From the NCBI GenBank assembly GCA_041627475.1, contig JBFKQZ010000001.1, forward strand, positions 1 through 43,747: DNA of 43,747 nt, read 5' to 3'. Shown in pieces: positions 9,157 through 17,053 of the stretch. The notes beneath the pieces are model-generated. The model did not search any database, had not been told where the DNA came from, and saw nothing but the letters and a program-made list of their open reading frames with translations. Both the position numbers and the translations under genes were made by a program. Position 1 is the stretch's first letter, and every line of letters starts with the position of its first letter. Source of the stretch: Nitriliruptoraceae bacterium. Lineage in GTDB: Bacteria; Actinomycetota; Nitriliruptoria; Nitriliruptorales; Nitriliruptoraceae.

Positions 9157-10233
9157 ATGGACGACGAGCCGGGCACGCAGCGCGACGAGGGCACGTCGCG
9201 GCGGGTGTTCCTGCGCCGTGCGGCGTTCGGCGGGCTCGGCGTCGCGGGTCTCGGGCTCGGCGGCCACCAGGTGGCGTCGGCGACCGGCGTGCACGCGCAC
9301 GCCGGCGAGGACGGGGGTGCCCCGACGCACGGCAGCGACGCCTACCCCGACGGGCGCGGCATCGTGGGCGATGCCGCCGTCGCCGCCAACTACGGCCACG
9401 GCGCAGCGCCGCCGCTCGGGTTGCCCGCGACGCTGCTCGACGACGTCACGTTCCCGCCACCGCGCGACGACCGGCCGCCGGGTACGCTGCGCGAGTACGA
9501 GGTCGACGTGCTCGAGACCTCGCTCGAGGTCGCGCACGACACCGTCGTGGATGCCTGGACCTACGGCGGGGGGACCCCCGGGCCGATCCTGCGGGCCACC
9601 GAGGGCGACACCCTGCGCGTGACGGTGAACAACCGCACCGAGCGGCCGCACAACCTCCACCTGCACGGTCGTCACAGCCCGCAGATGGACGGCTGGGAGC
9701 CGATCCCGCCCGGCGACTCCTTCACCTACGAGGTGACCGCCGAACCGTTCGGCATCCACCCCTACCACTGCCACACCGCACCGCTGGCGGTGCACATCGC
9801 CAAGGGGCTGTACGGGGCGTTCATCGTCGACCCGCCCGAACCGCGCCCGCCGGCCACGGAGGTGCTGCTGCTGCTGTCCGGCTGGGACCTCGACGGCGAC
9901 GGCCGCAACGAGCTCGCGACGTGGAACGGGGTCGCCGGCTGGTACCAGCGGCACCCGATCACCGTGCCGGTGGGCGAGCTGGTGCGGGTCTACGTGCTGA
10001 ACATGACCGAGCACGAGCCGATCGGCAGCTTCCACCTCCACGCGCAGACGTTCGACGTGTTCTGGCACGGCACGTCGCTGACCCCCGACCTGCACGCCGA
10101 CACCGTGGCGCTGACCCAGGGGGACCGCGCGATCGTCGAGTTCACCCTGCTCGAGCGTGGTCGCTACATGTTCCACCCCCACCAGCACCACCTCGCCGAC
10201 GCCGGCGCCATGGGGTGGTTCGCCGCCGTCTGA
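9157..10233 (+). CDS. Tat-exported two-domain multicopper oxidase with NirK-like fold (type-1 Cu site in first domain)
   Basis: ATG 9157 lies 4 nt after the upstream stop. Twin-arginine SRRVFLR. HNLHLH (165-170), HCH (204-206), H213, HLH (293-295), HPH (340-342). Confidence 0.85.
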   Translation: MDDEPGTQRDEGTSRRVFLRRAAFGGLGVAGLGLGGHQVASATGVHAHAGEDGGAPTHGSDAYPDGRGIVGDAAVAANYGHGAAPPLGLPATLLDDVTFPPPRDDRPPGTLREYEVDVLETSLEVAHDTVVDAWTYGGGTPGPILRATEGDTLRVTVNNRTERPHNLHLHGRHSPQMDGWEPIPPGDSFTYEVTAEPFGIHPYHCHTAPLAVHIAKGLYGAFIVDPPEPRPPATEVLLLLSGWDLDGDGRNELATWNGVAGWYQRHPITVPVGELVRVYVLNMTEHEPIGSFHLHAQTFDVFWHGTSLTPDLHADTVALTQGDRAIVEFTLLERGRYMFHPHQHHLADAGAMGWFAAV

Positions 10234-10237
10234 CCGA

Positions 10238-10281
10238 GGTGTGCCTCTCCTGGCTCACATGCGAGCCGGCAGAGGCACACC
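10238..10281. terminator. long hairpin between convergent genes; likely bidirectional terminator
   Basis: GGTGTGCCTCT (10238-10248) pairs with AGAGGCACACC (10271-10281), with inner GGCTC/GAGCC pairing. Flanked by stops at 10233 (+) and 10285 (-). Confidence 0.6.
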
Positions 10282-10284
10282 GCG

Positions 10285-10701
10285 TCAGTCGCGGCGTCTG
10301 CGGCCGTGGACGGCGTGGTCGGTGTTGCCCTCCTCGGCCCGGCGCGCACGTCGCGTGTAGAAGCCGCTCATCGCCAGGAGCACAGCAGCGCCGAACAGGG
10401 CGTAGGCAGCCTGGCGGCCGAGCCCCTCGATCCCGACCAGGTTCGCCAGCGGGATGGCCATCAGCGGCCCGAGCAGCCACGCCCAGCGCCAGAACCGCTG
10501 CTGTCGCCGCGCCATGACCACGGCGAGCGCGGCCTCCTTGCGGCTCTCCAGCACCTGTCCCCGGTTCACCGCACGCAGGATCCGACGCCGGTCGCTGACC
10601 GGGATCTGGGACCACAGGCGGTTGAACTCGGCCTGGTCGGGGATGCGGGGCATCGGGGGAGCGGGGCCGTGTCCACGGGCGTGACGGCGGCCGGGCAGCA
10701 C
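10285..10701 (-). CDS. hypothetical membrane protein (two predicted TM helices)
   Basis: Nearly every codon ends in G/C, and the composition is protein-like rather than the Arg/Pro/Gly junk of off-frames. TM segments are WAWLLGPLMAIPLANLV and AAYALFGAAVLLAMSGF. Start uncertain (GTG 10701 or ATG 10653). No clear SD. Confidence 0.55.
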   Translation of the reverse strand: MLPGRRHARGHGPAPPMPRIPDQAEFNRLWSQIPVSDRRRILRAVNRGQVLESRKEAALAVVMARRQQRFWRWAWLLGPLMAIPLANLVGIEGLGRQAAYALFGAAVLLAMSGFYTRRARRAEEGNTDHAVHGRRRRD

Positions 10702-10751
10702 GACGGTAACGCGACCGCCCGTTCGGGAGGCGACCTCGCGGCACGCTCGTC

Positions 10752-11270
10752 TTGGCGAGAGGCAGCGTTGTGCGACGACGGATCGAACCCGGGCCCGGAC
10801 AGGAGTCCGTGTGGGACTACCCGCGCCCGCCGGCGATCCGTGCGGTCGCCCAGCACGTCCGGGTGGAGACGGCGAGCGGCGAGCTCGTCGCCGAGACCGA
10901 CGCCGCGATCCAGGTGCTGGAGACCTCGCACCCGCCGGGCTGGTACCTGCCGCCCGACGCGGTCGTCGAGGGCAGGCTGCGCCGTTCCGCGGCCCGCAGC
11001 ACGGTCTGCGAGTGGAAGGGCCGGGCCACGTACTGGGACCTCGTGCTCGACGACGGCACCGTGGTCCCGCAGGTCGGGTGGTCCTACGAGGACCCGACCC
11101 CGCCGTTCACCGCGATCGCCGGCCACGTCACGTTCTACCCGGAGCGCGTGGGACGCTGCCTCGTCGACGGTGTCGCGGTGGAGCCGCAGCCCGGCGACTT
11201 CTACGGCGGCTGGATCACGCCGGACGTCGTCGGCCCGTTCAAGGGCAGCCCCGGCACCATGTTCTGGTGA
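10752..11270 (+). CDS. DUF427 domain protein
   Basis: Motifs ESVWDYPRPP, TSHPPGWYLP, CEWKGRATYW and VTFYPERV are typical of DUF427. GTG 10770 (7 nt after GAGAGG) is a likelier start than TTG 10752. Confidence 0.85.
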   Translation: MARGSVVRRRIEPGPGQESVWDYPRPPAIRAVAQHVRVETASGELVAETDAAIQVLETSHPPGWYLPPDAVVEGRLRRSAARSTVCEWKGRATYWDLVLDDGTVVPQVGWSYEDPTPPFTAIAGHVTFYPERVGRCLVDGVAVEPQPGDFYGGWITPDVVGPFKGSPGTMFW

Positions 11271-11282
11271 GGCACCGACGGG

Positions 11283-12215
11283 TCAGCTCGCTGCCCGCTC
11301 CCGGCCGACCCACGCAGCACCGATGACCCCGCTGTCGTCGCCGCGCTCGGCGACGACGACCGGGCGGCCCGCGATGTGCATCACCCGGTCCGCGGCGGCG
11401 GCAGCGATGCGGTCCGCCAGGGGCTGACCGAGCTTCTCGGCGAGGCCACCGCCCACGACGACGATGCTCGGGTCGAGGAGGTTCACGGCCGAGGCCAGCG
11501 CGATGCCGAGCGCCTCGATGCCGGCCCCGAAGACCTCCTCGACCACCTCGTCGCCGGCCTCGAGTGCGTCGCGCCACACCGCCGAGGTGGGGCGCGGCTT
11601 GCCCTTCTTCTCCATGATCTCGAACAGGACCGTCTCGCGGCCGGCATCCACGAGCCGCTGGACGGCCTGGCCCATCATCCGCCGGCCCGCGTACGCCTCG
11701 ACGCACCCGCGGCGGCCGCAGCCGCACAGCGCGCCGTCGGGCCGGACGACCATGTGCCCGAACTCGCCACCGGTGCCGTGCGCGCCACCGAACGGCCGGC
11801 CACCGACGACCATCCCGGCGCCGACGCCGGTGCCCAGCCAGATGCCGAGCACGTCGTCGTGACCGCGGGCGGCCCCGGCCACCCACTCACCGAGCACGCC
11901 GACCTGGGCGTCGTTCTCGACCGCCGTCGGGATCCCGATGCGGGAGGCGAGCGCGTCGACGACCGAGAGGTCCGGGGTCCAGCCGGTGAGGTTCGGCAGC
12001 GAGACGACACTGCCGTCGTGCACCGGGCCGGGGACCCCGACGCCGAGCGCACCGGGCTTCTCGTCGAAGTCCAGCACCATGCCGACGATGGCGTCGATCA
12101 CCGCCCGCGCGCCGTCGGGCGTCCTCAGCTTGCGCCGCGCGACGACCTCGTGGTCCTCGTCGACCAGGCCGACCATGATGTTCGTCCCACCGACGTCCGC
12201 TCCTGCGACCAGCAC
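11283..12215 (-). CDS. glk: ROK-family glucokinase
   Basis: Motifs AGADVGGTNI, ENDAQVGVLGE, GTGVGAG, and the zinc motif GHMVVRPDGALCGCGRRGCVEAYAG. GTG 12215 follows GAGGGGG by 5 nt. The tracked ORF continues spuriously to 12587. Confidence 0.9.
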   Translation of the reverse strand: MLVAGADVGGTNIMVGLVDEDHEVVARRKLRTPDGARAVIDAIVGMVLDFDEKPGALGVGVPGPVHDGSVVSLPNLTGWTPDLSVVDALASRIGIPTAVENDAQVGVLGEWVAGAARGHDDVLGIWLGTGVGAGMVVGGRPFGGAHGTGGEFGHMVVRPDGALCGCGRRGCVEAYAGRRMMGQAVQRLVDAGRETVLFEIMEKKGKPRPTSAVWRDALEAGDEVVEEVFGAGIEALGIALASAVNLLDPSIVVVGGGLAEKLGQPLADRIAAAAADRVMHIAGRPVVVAERGDDSGVIGAAWVGRERAAS

Positions 12216-12308
12216 GTGTGCCCCCTCGTCGTCGCGCACCGTACGGGTCCGGACGGGCTGCCGGGGGTCCGTAGCCTCGTGGGTCCACCGACCGTGCGGA
12301 GCACTCCC

Positions 12309-12695
12309 GTGAGCATCGTGCAGATCAACCTCCTGACCGTCCCCGAGGGCATGGGGCCTGAGCTGGAGAAGCGGTTCGCCAACCGCAAGCGCGCCGTCGA
12401 CGGCACGCCGGGCTTCGAGGGCTTCGACCTGCTGCGGCCGACCTCCGGGGACAACGACCGCTACATGGTCCTGACGCGCTGGGAGAGCCAGGAGGCGTTC
12501 CAGAACTGGCTCAACAGTCGCGACTTCCAGCAGGGCCACGCGAGCTCGGGCGGGGGCCAGGCGTCGGAGGGCGAGAAGAAGGCCCACGCCAGCGAGCGCC
12601 GCGAGGGCGGCCAGCAGCCCGCCGCGACCGACTCCGAGCTGTGGGGCTTCGACGTCGTCGACCTCGACGGTCTGCTGGCCGAACAGCAGGGCTGA
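12309..12695 (+). CDS. ABM-fold heme-degrading monooxygenase (IsdG/MhuD family)
   Basis: VSIVQINLLTVPEGMGPELEKRFANR...GFEGFDLLRP...RYMVLTRWESQEAFQNW...QGHA carries the Asn7/Trp67/His77 pattern. GTG 12309, in frame within the long tracked ORF 11376..12695. Confidence 0.85.
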   Translation: MSIVQINLLTVPEGMGPELEKRFANRKRAVDGTPGFEGFDLLRPTSGDNDRYMVLTRWESQEAFQNWLNSRDFQQGHASSGGGQASEGEKKAHASERREGGQQPAATDSELWGFDVVDLDGLLAEQQG

Positions 12696-12698
12696 GGG

Positions 12699-13712
12699 TC
12701 AGCCGCGCTCCCAGAGGTCGATCGCGGCGACCAGCTCCTCGCGGCGGCCACGGGGGAGGAACGCGGCCTCCGCCGCGCGCCGCTGCAGCGCGGCGTGTCC
12801 GGCGCGGTCGAGCCCGAGCAGCGACTCGGCGTGGCGCAGCTCGTCGGTGAGCGTGGTGTCGAAGAACGGCGGGTCGTCGCTGCTGACGACGACGGACACG
12901 CCCGCGTCGCGCATCGTCGGCAGCGGGTGGTCCGCGATGCTCGGGACGACCTGCAGCGTGACGTTGGAGGACGGGCACACCTCGCAGACCACGCCGTCGG
13001 CCGCGAGCCGGTCCAGCACGGCGTCGTCCTGCACCGATGCCACGCCGTGTCCGATGCGGTCGGCACCGATGTCCAGCGCACCGGCGACCTGCTCCGGGCC
13101 GCCGGTCTCACCGGCGTGCACCGCCAGCCCGAGGCCGAGTCGGTCGGCCTCGTCGCGCAGGAAGGCGAAGTCGTGGACGTCGGCGGACGTCTCGGGGCCG
13201 GTGAGGCCGAGGCCGACGATCGGCGCGCCGCTGGCCAGCCCCTGCTCGACCAGCTCGACCGCCCGTCGGGCGTTGTCGGTGCCGAGGTTGCGGGGCGAGT
13301 CGATGATCAGTCCGACCGGTGCGTCACCGAGACCGGCCGCGACCGCGGCCCACATCGCCTCGGCGTCCCAGCCCTGCCAGACGAGCGTGGTCGCGGTGAA
13401 CGTCGCCTCGGTCCAGACCACCGACTGCGCCGCCTGGCCCTTCGCGAACGCGGCGGTGGCGCGCTCGAGGTCCTCCGGTCGCCGCAGCTGGCCGGAGGTG
13501 GCGACGAACGTGCGCACGAACTGGTCGAAGTCGGTGAACGGCGTGGGGTAGCGCAGCTCGTCGCCGTCCTCGACGACCTCGAGGACCTCCAACGGGTCCT
13601 CCCCGTGCGACCGTGCGAGGGCAGCGGCGGTCCGGGCGGAGACCGTGCCCTCGAGGTGGACGTGCAGCTCCACCTTGGGCAGGGACTGCAGGTCGGCGTC
13701 GGGCAGCGGCAA
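12699..13712 (-). CDS. add: adenosine deaminase
   Basis: Motifs LPKVELHVHLEGT, AVHAGE, IGHG and SSDDPPFF. TTG start with GAGGTG upstream. Confidence 0.93.
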   Translation of the reverse strand: MPLPDADLQSLPKVELHVHLEGTVSARTAAALARSHGEDPLEVLEVVEDGDELRYPTPFTDFDQFVRTFVATSGQLRRPEDLERATAAFAKGQAAQSVVWTEATFTATTLVWQGWDAEAMWAAVAAGLGDAPVGLIIDSPRNLGTDNARRAVELVEQGLASGAPIVGLGLTGPETSADVHDFAFLRDEADRLGLGLAVHAGETGGPEQVAGALDIGADRIGHGVASVQDDAVLDRLAADGVVCEVCPSSNVTLQVVPSIADHPLPTMRDAGVSVVVSSDDPPFFDTTLTDELRHAESLLGLDRAGHAALQRRAAEAAFLPRGRREELVAAIDLWERG

Positions 13713-13750
13713 CGGACACCTCGTCGGTCGGGTGACCCACCAGCCTAGGT

Positions 13751-13783
13751 GGTCGGGCCGGTCGGGCCGGTCGGGCCGTCGGG
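13751..13783. repeat. tandem 9-mer GGTCGGGCC x3 plus a degenerate fourth unit
   Basis: GGTCGGGCC at 13751-13759, 13760-13768 and 13769-13777, then GTCGGG. Intergenic, between the small ORF and add. Confidence 0.75.
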
Positions 13784-13799
13784 TTGGGGCACGGTCGCG

Positions 13800-13877
13800 T
13801 CAGGCGATGTCGCGCAGCGACGCGATCGTCGCCGTCCCGGTGAGCAGGATCGTGACGAGGACGAGGACCAGGACCAT
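13800..13877 (-). CDS. candidate 25-aa hydrophobic small protein (MVLVLVLVTILLTGTATIASLRDIA)
   Basis: ATG 13877 is preceded by GGAGG with a 5-nt spacer (cgcGGAGGcagcaATG). All 25 codons end in G/C. One predicted TM helix. No homology evidence available. Confidence 0.35.
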   Translation of the reverse strand: MVLVLVLVTILLTGTATIASLRDIA

Positions 13878-14065
13878 TGCTGCCTCCGCGATCGGCCCCC
13901 GGTGTTCGGAGGCACCCGACCACTCGGACGCACGAGCGGCCGGATCGGTTGCCGCGAGGTCGGCGCGTGTGCGCTCTGCGGTCGGACGGGGGCGCCGGGG
14001 GGCATCGCTAGCCTCGTGGGTCGCCCGTGGGCAGGACTGCGCGGGCACGCATCCCGGAGGACCTG

Positions 14066-15190
14066 ATGGTCGACAACCACGCCGCGAAGATCGCCGAGCA
14101 GCGCGATCGCGTGACGGCGATCGAGCAGTACCTCGACATCGAGGCCAAGCGCGAGCGGCTCGAGGAGCTGCGCGCCGAGGCCTCGGCGCCGGGCCTGTGG
14201 GACAACCCCGAGGAGGCCCGGCAGGTCACGACGCGCCTCAGCCAGGTCGAGCGCGACGTCGAGCGCTACGACCAGCTGATGACCCGGCTCGAGGACCTCG
14301 AGACGCTCAACGAGCTGGCGCAGGAGATGGAGGACGACGACACCGCGGCCGAGGTCGCCGCGGGCATGGGCAAGCTCGTGCGCATGGTCGACCAGATCGA
14401 GGTCTCCACGCTGCTGTCGGGCGAGTACGACGGCGAGAACGCGATCGTCTCGATCCAGGCCGGGGAGGGTGGCGTCGACGCCATGGACTGGGCCCAGATG
14501 CTCCAGCGGATGTACCTGCGGTGGGCAGAGAAGAACGGGTACGAGACCGAGGTCTACGAGGAGTCCTACGGCGACGAGGCCGGGCTGAAGTCCACCTCGT
14601 TCGAGGTCCGCGGCCCCGACGCCTACGGGATGCTCCAGACCGAGCACGGCGTCCACCGCCTGCTGCGCAACTCGCCCTTCGACTCGCAGGGCCGCCGCCA
14701 GACCTCGTTCGCCGCCGTCGACGTGGTGCCGGTGCTGCCCGAGGCCGAGACCGACGTCGACATCCCCGACGAAGAGCTGCGGGTCGACGTCTACCGCTCG
14801 TCCGGGCCCGGCGGGCAGTCGGTGAACACCACCGACTCGGCCGTGCGGTTGACCCACATCCCGACGGGGATCGTCGCCACCTCGCAGAACGAGAAGTCGC
14901 AGCACCAGAACAAGGCCGCCGCGATGCGCGTCCTGAAGGTGAAGCTGGCCGAGCTCGAGCGGCAGAAGCGCGAGGAGGAGCTCGAGGGGCTGCGTGGCGA
15001 GCGCAAGAACGTCGGCTTCGGCAGTCAGATCCGCAGCTTCTTCATGTACGGCAACCAGATCGCCAAGGACCACCGCTCCGAGCACGAGCACGGCAACCCG
15101 GCGACCGTGCTCGACGGCGGCGACGCCCTCGACGAGTTCATCGAGGCGGAACTTCGCAGGCGGGCTGCCGAGGCCCAGGCCACCAACTGA
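14066..15190 (+). CDS. prfB: peptide chain release factor 2, single uninterrupted frame
   Basis: SPF tripeptide (NSPFDSQGRRQTSFA) and GGQ (SGPGGQSVNTTDSAVR). ATG 14066 lies 5 nt after GGAGG (14056-14060). No internal in-frame UGA or +1 frameshift site. Confidence 0.95.
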   Translation: MVDNHAAKIAEQRDRVTAIEQYLDIEAKRERLEELRAEASAPGLWDNPEEARQVTTRLSQVERDVERYDQLMTRLEDLETLNELAQEMEDDDTAAEVAAGMGKLVRMVDQIEVSTLLSGEYDGENAIVSIQAGEGGVDAMDWAQMLQRMYLRWAEKNGYETEVYEESYGDEAGLKSTSFEVRGPDAYGMLQTEHGVHRLLRNSPFDSQGRRQTSFAAVDVVPVLPEAETDVDIPDEELRVDVYRSSGPGGQSVNTTDSAVRLTHIPTGIVATSQNEKSQHQNKAAAMRVLKVKLAELERQKREEELEGLRGERKNVGFGSQIRSFFMYGNQIAKDHRSEHEHGNPATVLDGGDALDEFIEAELRRRAAEAQATN

Positions 15191-15296
15191 CCGTCGACCG
15201 GGGGCGGGGGGCCTGTCGGCAATGCCCGACCGCGGCCCGTAGCCTCCCCATGTGGCGCGGTCCGACCCACCGCGCAGCCTCCCACCGGGGACACAC

Positions 15297-15995
15297 GTGA
15301 TCACCCTCAAGAACGTCACGAAGACCTACAAGCGTGGCGAAGTCGGCGAGGTCGTGGCCCTCGACGACGTCTCGCTCGAGGTCGCCAAGGGCGAGTTCGT
15401 CTTCATCGTCGGACCGTCCGGTTCCGGCAAGTCGACGCTGATGAAGCTGCTGACGCGCGAACAGCGCCCGGACGGCGGTGAGATCTACGTCGCCGGCAAG
15501 AACCTCAACACGCTGCGCAGCTGGAAGGTGCCGCACCTGCGGCGTTCCATCGGCTACGTGTTCCAGGACTTCAAGCTGCTGCCGAACAAGACGGTCTTCG
15601 AGAACGTCTCGTTCGCGCTCGAGGTGATCGGGCAGGGCGGCGGCCGCATCGACCGTCGCGTGCCCGAGGTGCTCGAGCTGGTCGGTCTCGAGGAGAAGCA
15701 CGAGGCGATGCCGCACGAGCTGTCCGGTGGGCAGCAGCAGCGCGTCTCGATCGCCCGCGCGTTCGTGAACCACCCGCGGCTGATGCTCTGCGACGAGCCG
15801 ACGGGGAACCTGGACCCGCAGACGTCGGTGGGGATCATGAAGCTGCTGGACCGGATCAACCGGACCGGCACGACCGTGGTGATGTCGACCCACGACCAGC
15901 AGATCGTCGACACGATGCGCCGCCGCGTCATCGAGCTCGAGAAGGGCAACGTCGTGCGCGACCAGTCGCGCGGCGTGTACGGCTACGCCGACTGA
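15297..15995 (+). CDS. ftsE: cell-division ABC ATPase FtsE
   Basis: Walker [10 protein letters not shown], signature LSGGQQQR, Walker [16 protein letters not shown] 15297 gives the typical [12 protein letters not shown]-terminus. Confidence 0.95.
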   Translation: MITLKNVTKTYKRGEVGEVVALDDVSLEVAKGEFVFIVGPSGSGKSTLMKLLTREQRPDGGEIYVAGKNLNTLRSWKVPHLRRSIGYVFQDFKLLPNKTVFENVSFALEVIGQGGGRIDRRVPEVLELVGLEEKHEAMPHELSGGQQQRVSIARAFVNHPRLMLCDEPTGNLDPQTSVGIMKLLDRINRTGTTVVMSTHDQQIVDTMRRRVIELEKGNVVRDQSRGVYGYAD

Positions 15996-16007
15996 GGAAC
16001 CTCCCAC

Positions 16008-16898
16008 ATGTCACGTTGGCTCCACGTCCTGCGCGAGGCCGGGATCGGTCTCGGCCGCAACCTGCTCATGACCGTCGCGGTCGTGCTGTCGGTCGCGGTG
16101 TCGCTGACCCTGTTCGGTGCCGCACTCCTGCTCAGCCGCCAGGTCGACCTCGTCGCCGGTGAGTGGCAGGGCCGCATCGAGGTCTCGATCTTCCTGTGCG
16201 ACGACGCCCGCTGTCCGGCCATCACGCCCGAGCAGCAGCAGGAGCTGCGCCAGGAGCTCGAGGCCGAGCCGGTCGTCGCCGAGGTCTTCTTCGAGTCCAA
16301 GCAGGAGGCCTACGACCGCTTCGTCGAGCAGTTCGAGGACCAGCCCGCGCTGGTCGAGACGATCAGCCCCGACACGCTGCCTGCGTCCTTCCGCGTCAAG
16401 CTGACCGACCCGGAGCGCTTCGCGGTCATCTCCGACCGCTTCAGTGCCTTCCCGGGCGTCGAGGAGATCGTGGACCAGCGCGAGTTCCTCGAGGGCTTCC
16501 TCGGCCTCGCCAACACGATCCAGACCGGTGCGCTGTGGGTCGCCGTGATCCAGCTCGTGGCCGGGGCGGTGCTGATCGCCAACACGATCCGCGTGGCGGC
16601 CTTCGCGCGCCGTGAGCAGACCTCCGTGATGAAGCTGGTGGGTGCCTCCAACTGGTACATCCGCCTGCCGTTCGTCCTGGAGGGGATGTTCGAGGGCCTC
16701 GCCGGTGCCGGCATCGCGACCGGTCTGCTGTACCTCGGCTACCCGTTCGCGCGCGACGCGCTCGCCGGCCAGGTCTCGTTCGTGCCGATCATCGGGCAGG
16801 ACCAGGTCTTCAGCGTGGCCCTCGTGCTCGCTGCCGTCGGTCTGGGCATCGCGGCCCTCTCGTCGGTGCTGTCGCTGCAGCGCTCGCTCGACGTCTGA
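16008..16898 (+). CDS. ftsX: cell-division permease-like protein FtsX
   Basis: TM1, an approx 100-aa extracytoplasmic domain, then three C-terminal TMs (FtsX fold). Begins 12 nt after ftsE. Confidence 0.93.
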   Translation: MSRWLHVLREAGIGLGRNLLMTVAVVLSVAVSLTLFGAALLLSRQVDLVAGEWQGRIEVSIFLCDDARCPAITPEQQQELRQELEAEPVVAEVFFESKQEAYDRFVEQFEDQPALVETISPDTLPASFRVKLTDPERFAVISDRFSAFPGVEEIVDQREFLEGFLGLANTIQTGALWVAVIQLVAGAVLIANTIRVAAFARREQTSVMKLVGASNWYIRLPFVLEGMFEGLAGAGIATGLLYLGYPFARDALAGQVSFVPIIGQDQVFSVALVLAAVGLGIAALSSVLSLQRSLDV

Positions 16899-16913
16899 GG
16901 TTCACCCCGCGAC

Positions 16914-16943
16914 GCTGCCTGCCGACATAGTGTCAGGGGCAGC
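16914..16943. terminator. imperfect hairpin just after ftsX
   Basis: GCTGCC..CC.GACA-tag-TGTC.GG.GGCAGC gives 12 bp with two bulges. Starts 16 nt after the ftsX stop. Confidence 0.4.
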
Positions 16944-17053
16944 CCCGCCCCACACGCTCGTGGACGCTGTGGCTGCTGTTGCTGGTGTTGCCTGTGGTGC
17001 TGCTGTGGCATCCGATGTACGGTGACACGGGCCTGCTCCGACGTGGAGATCGC

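Noticed and set aside
9157-10233. Annotating the Tat protein as copper nitrite reductase NirK
   Set aside because: The fold-level strings resemble NirK. However, the catalytic Asp of HNxDFH is His here, and HCA is HCH. This gives four HxH pairs, characteristic of a multicopper-oxidase trinuclear site.
13800-14048. 82-aa version of the minus-strand ORF
   Set aside because: The upstream 57 residues are Arg/Pro/Ala-rich junk and overlap the prfB start region. Only the terminal 25 codons have an SD and a protein-like sequence.
14066-14200. Programmed +1 frameshift site in prfB (CUU UGA C type)
   Set aside because: RF2 is encoded in one continuous frame from ATG 14066, with no early in-frame UGA. 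The autoregulatory frameshift is simply absent, as in many actinobacteria.
16899-17053. ydaO/cyclic-di-AMP riboswitch upstream of the M23 cell-wall hydrolase
   Set aside because: I could not find the conserved ACGGGG...CCCGAACCCGACAGCUAAC-type blocks. The region holds only a terminator-like hairpin and a T/G-rich tract.
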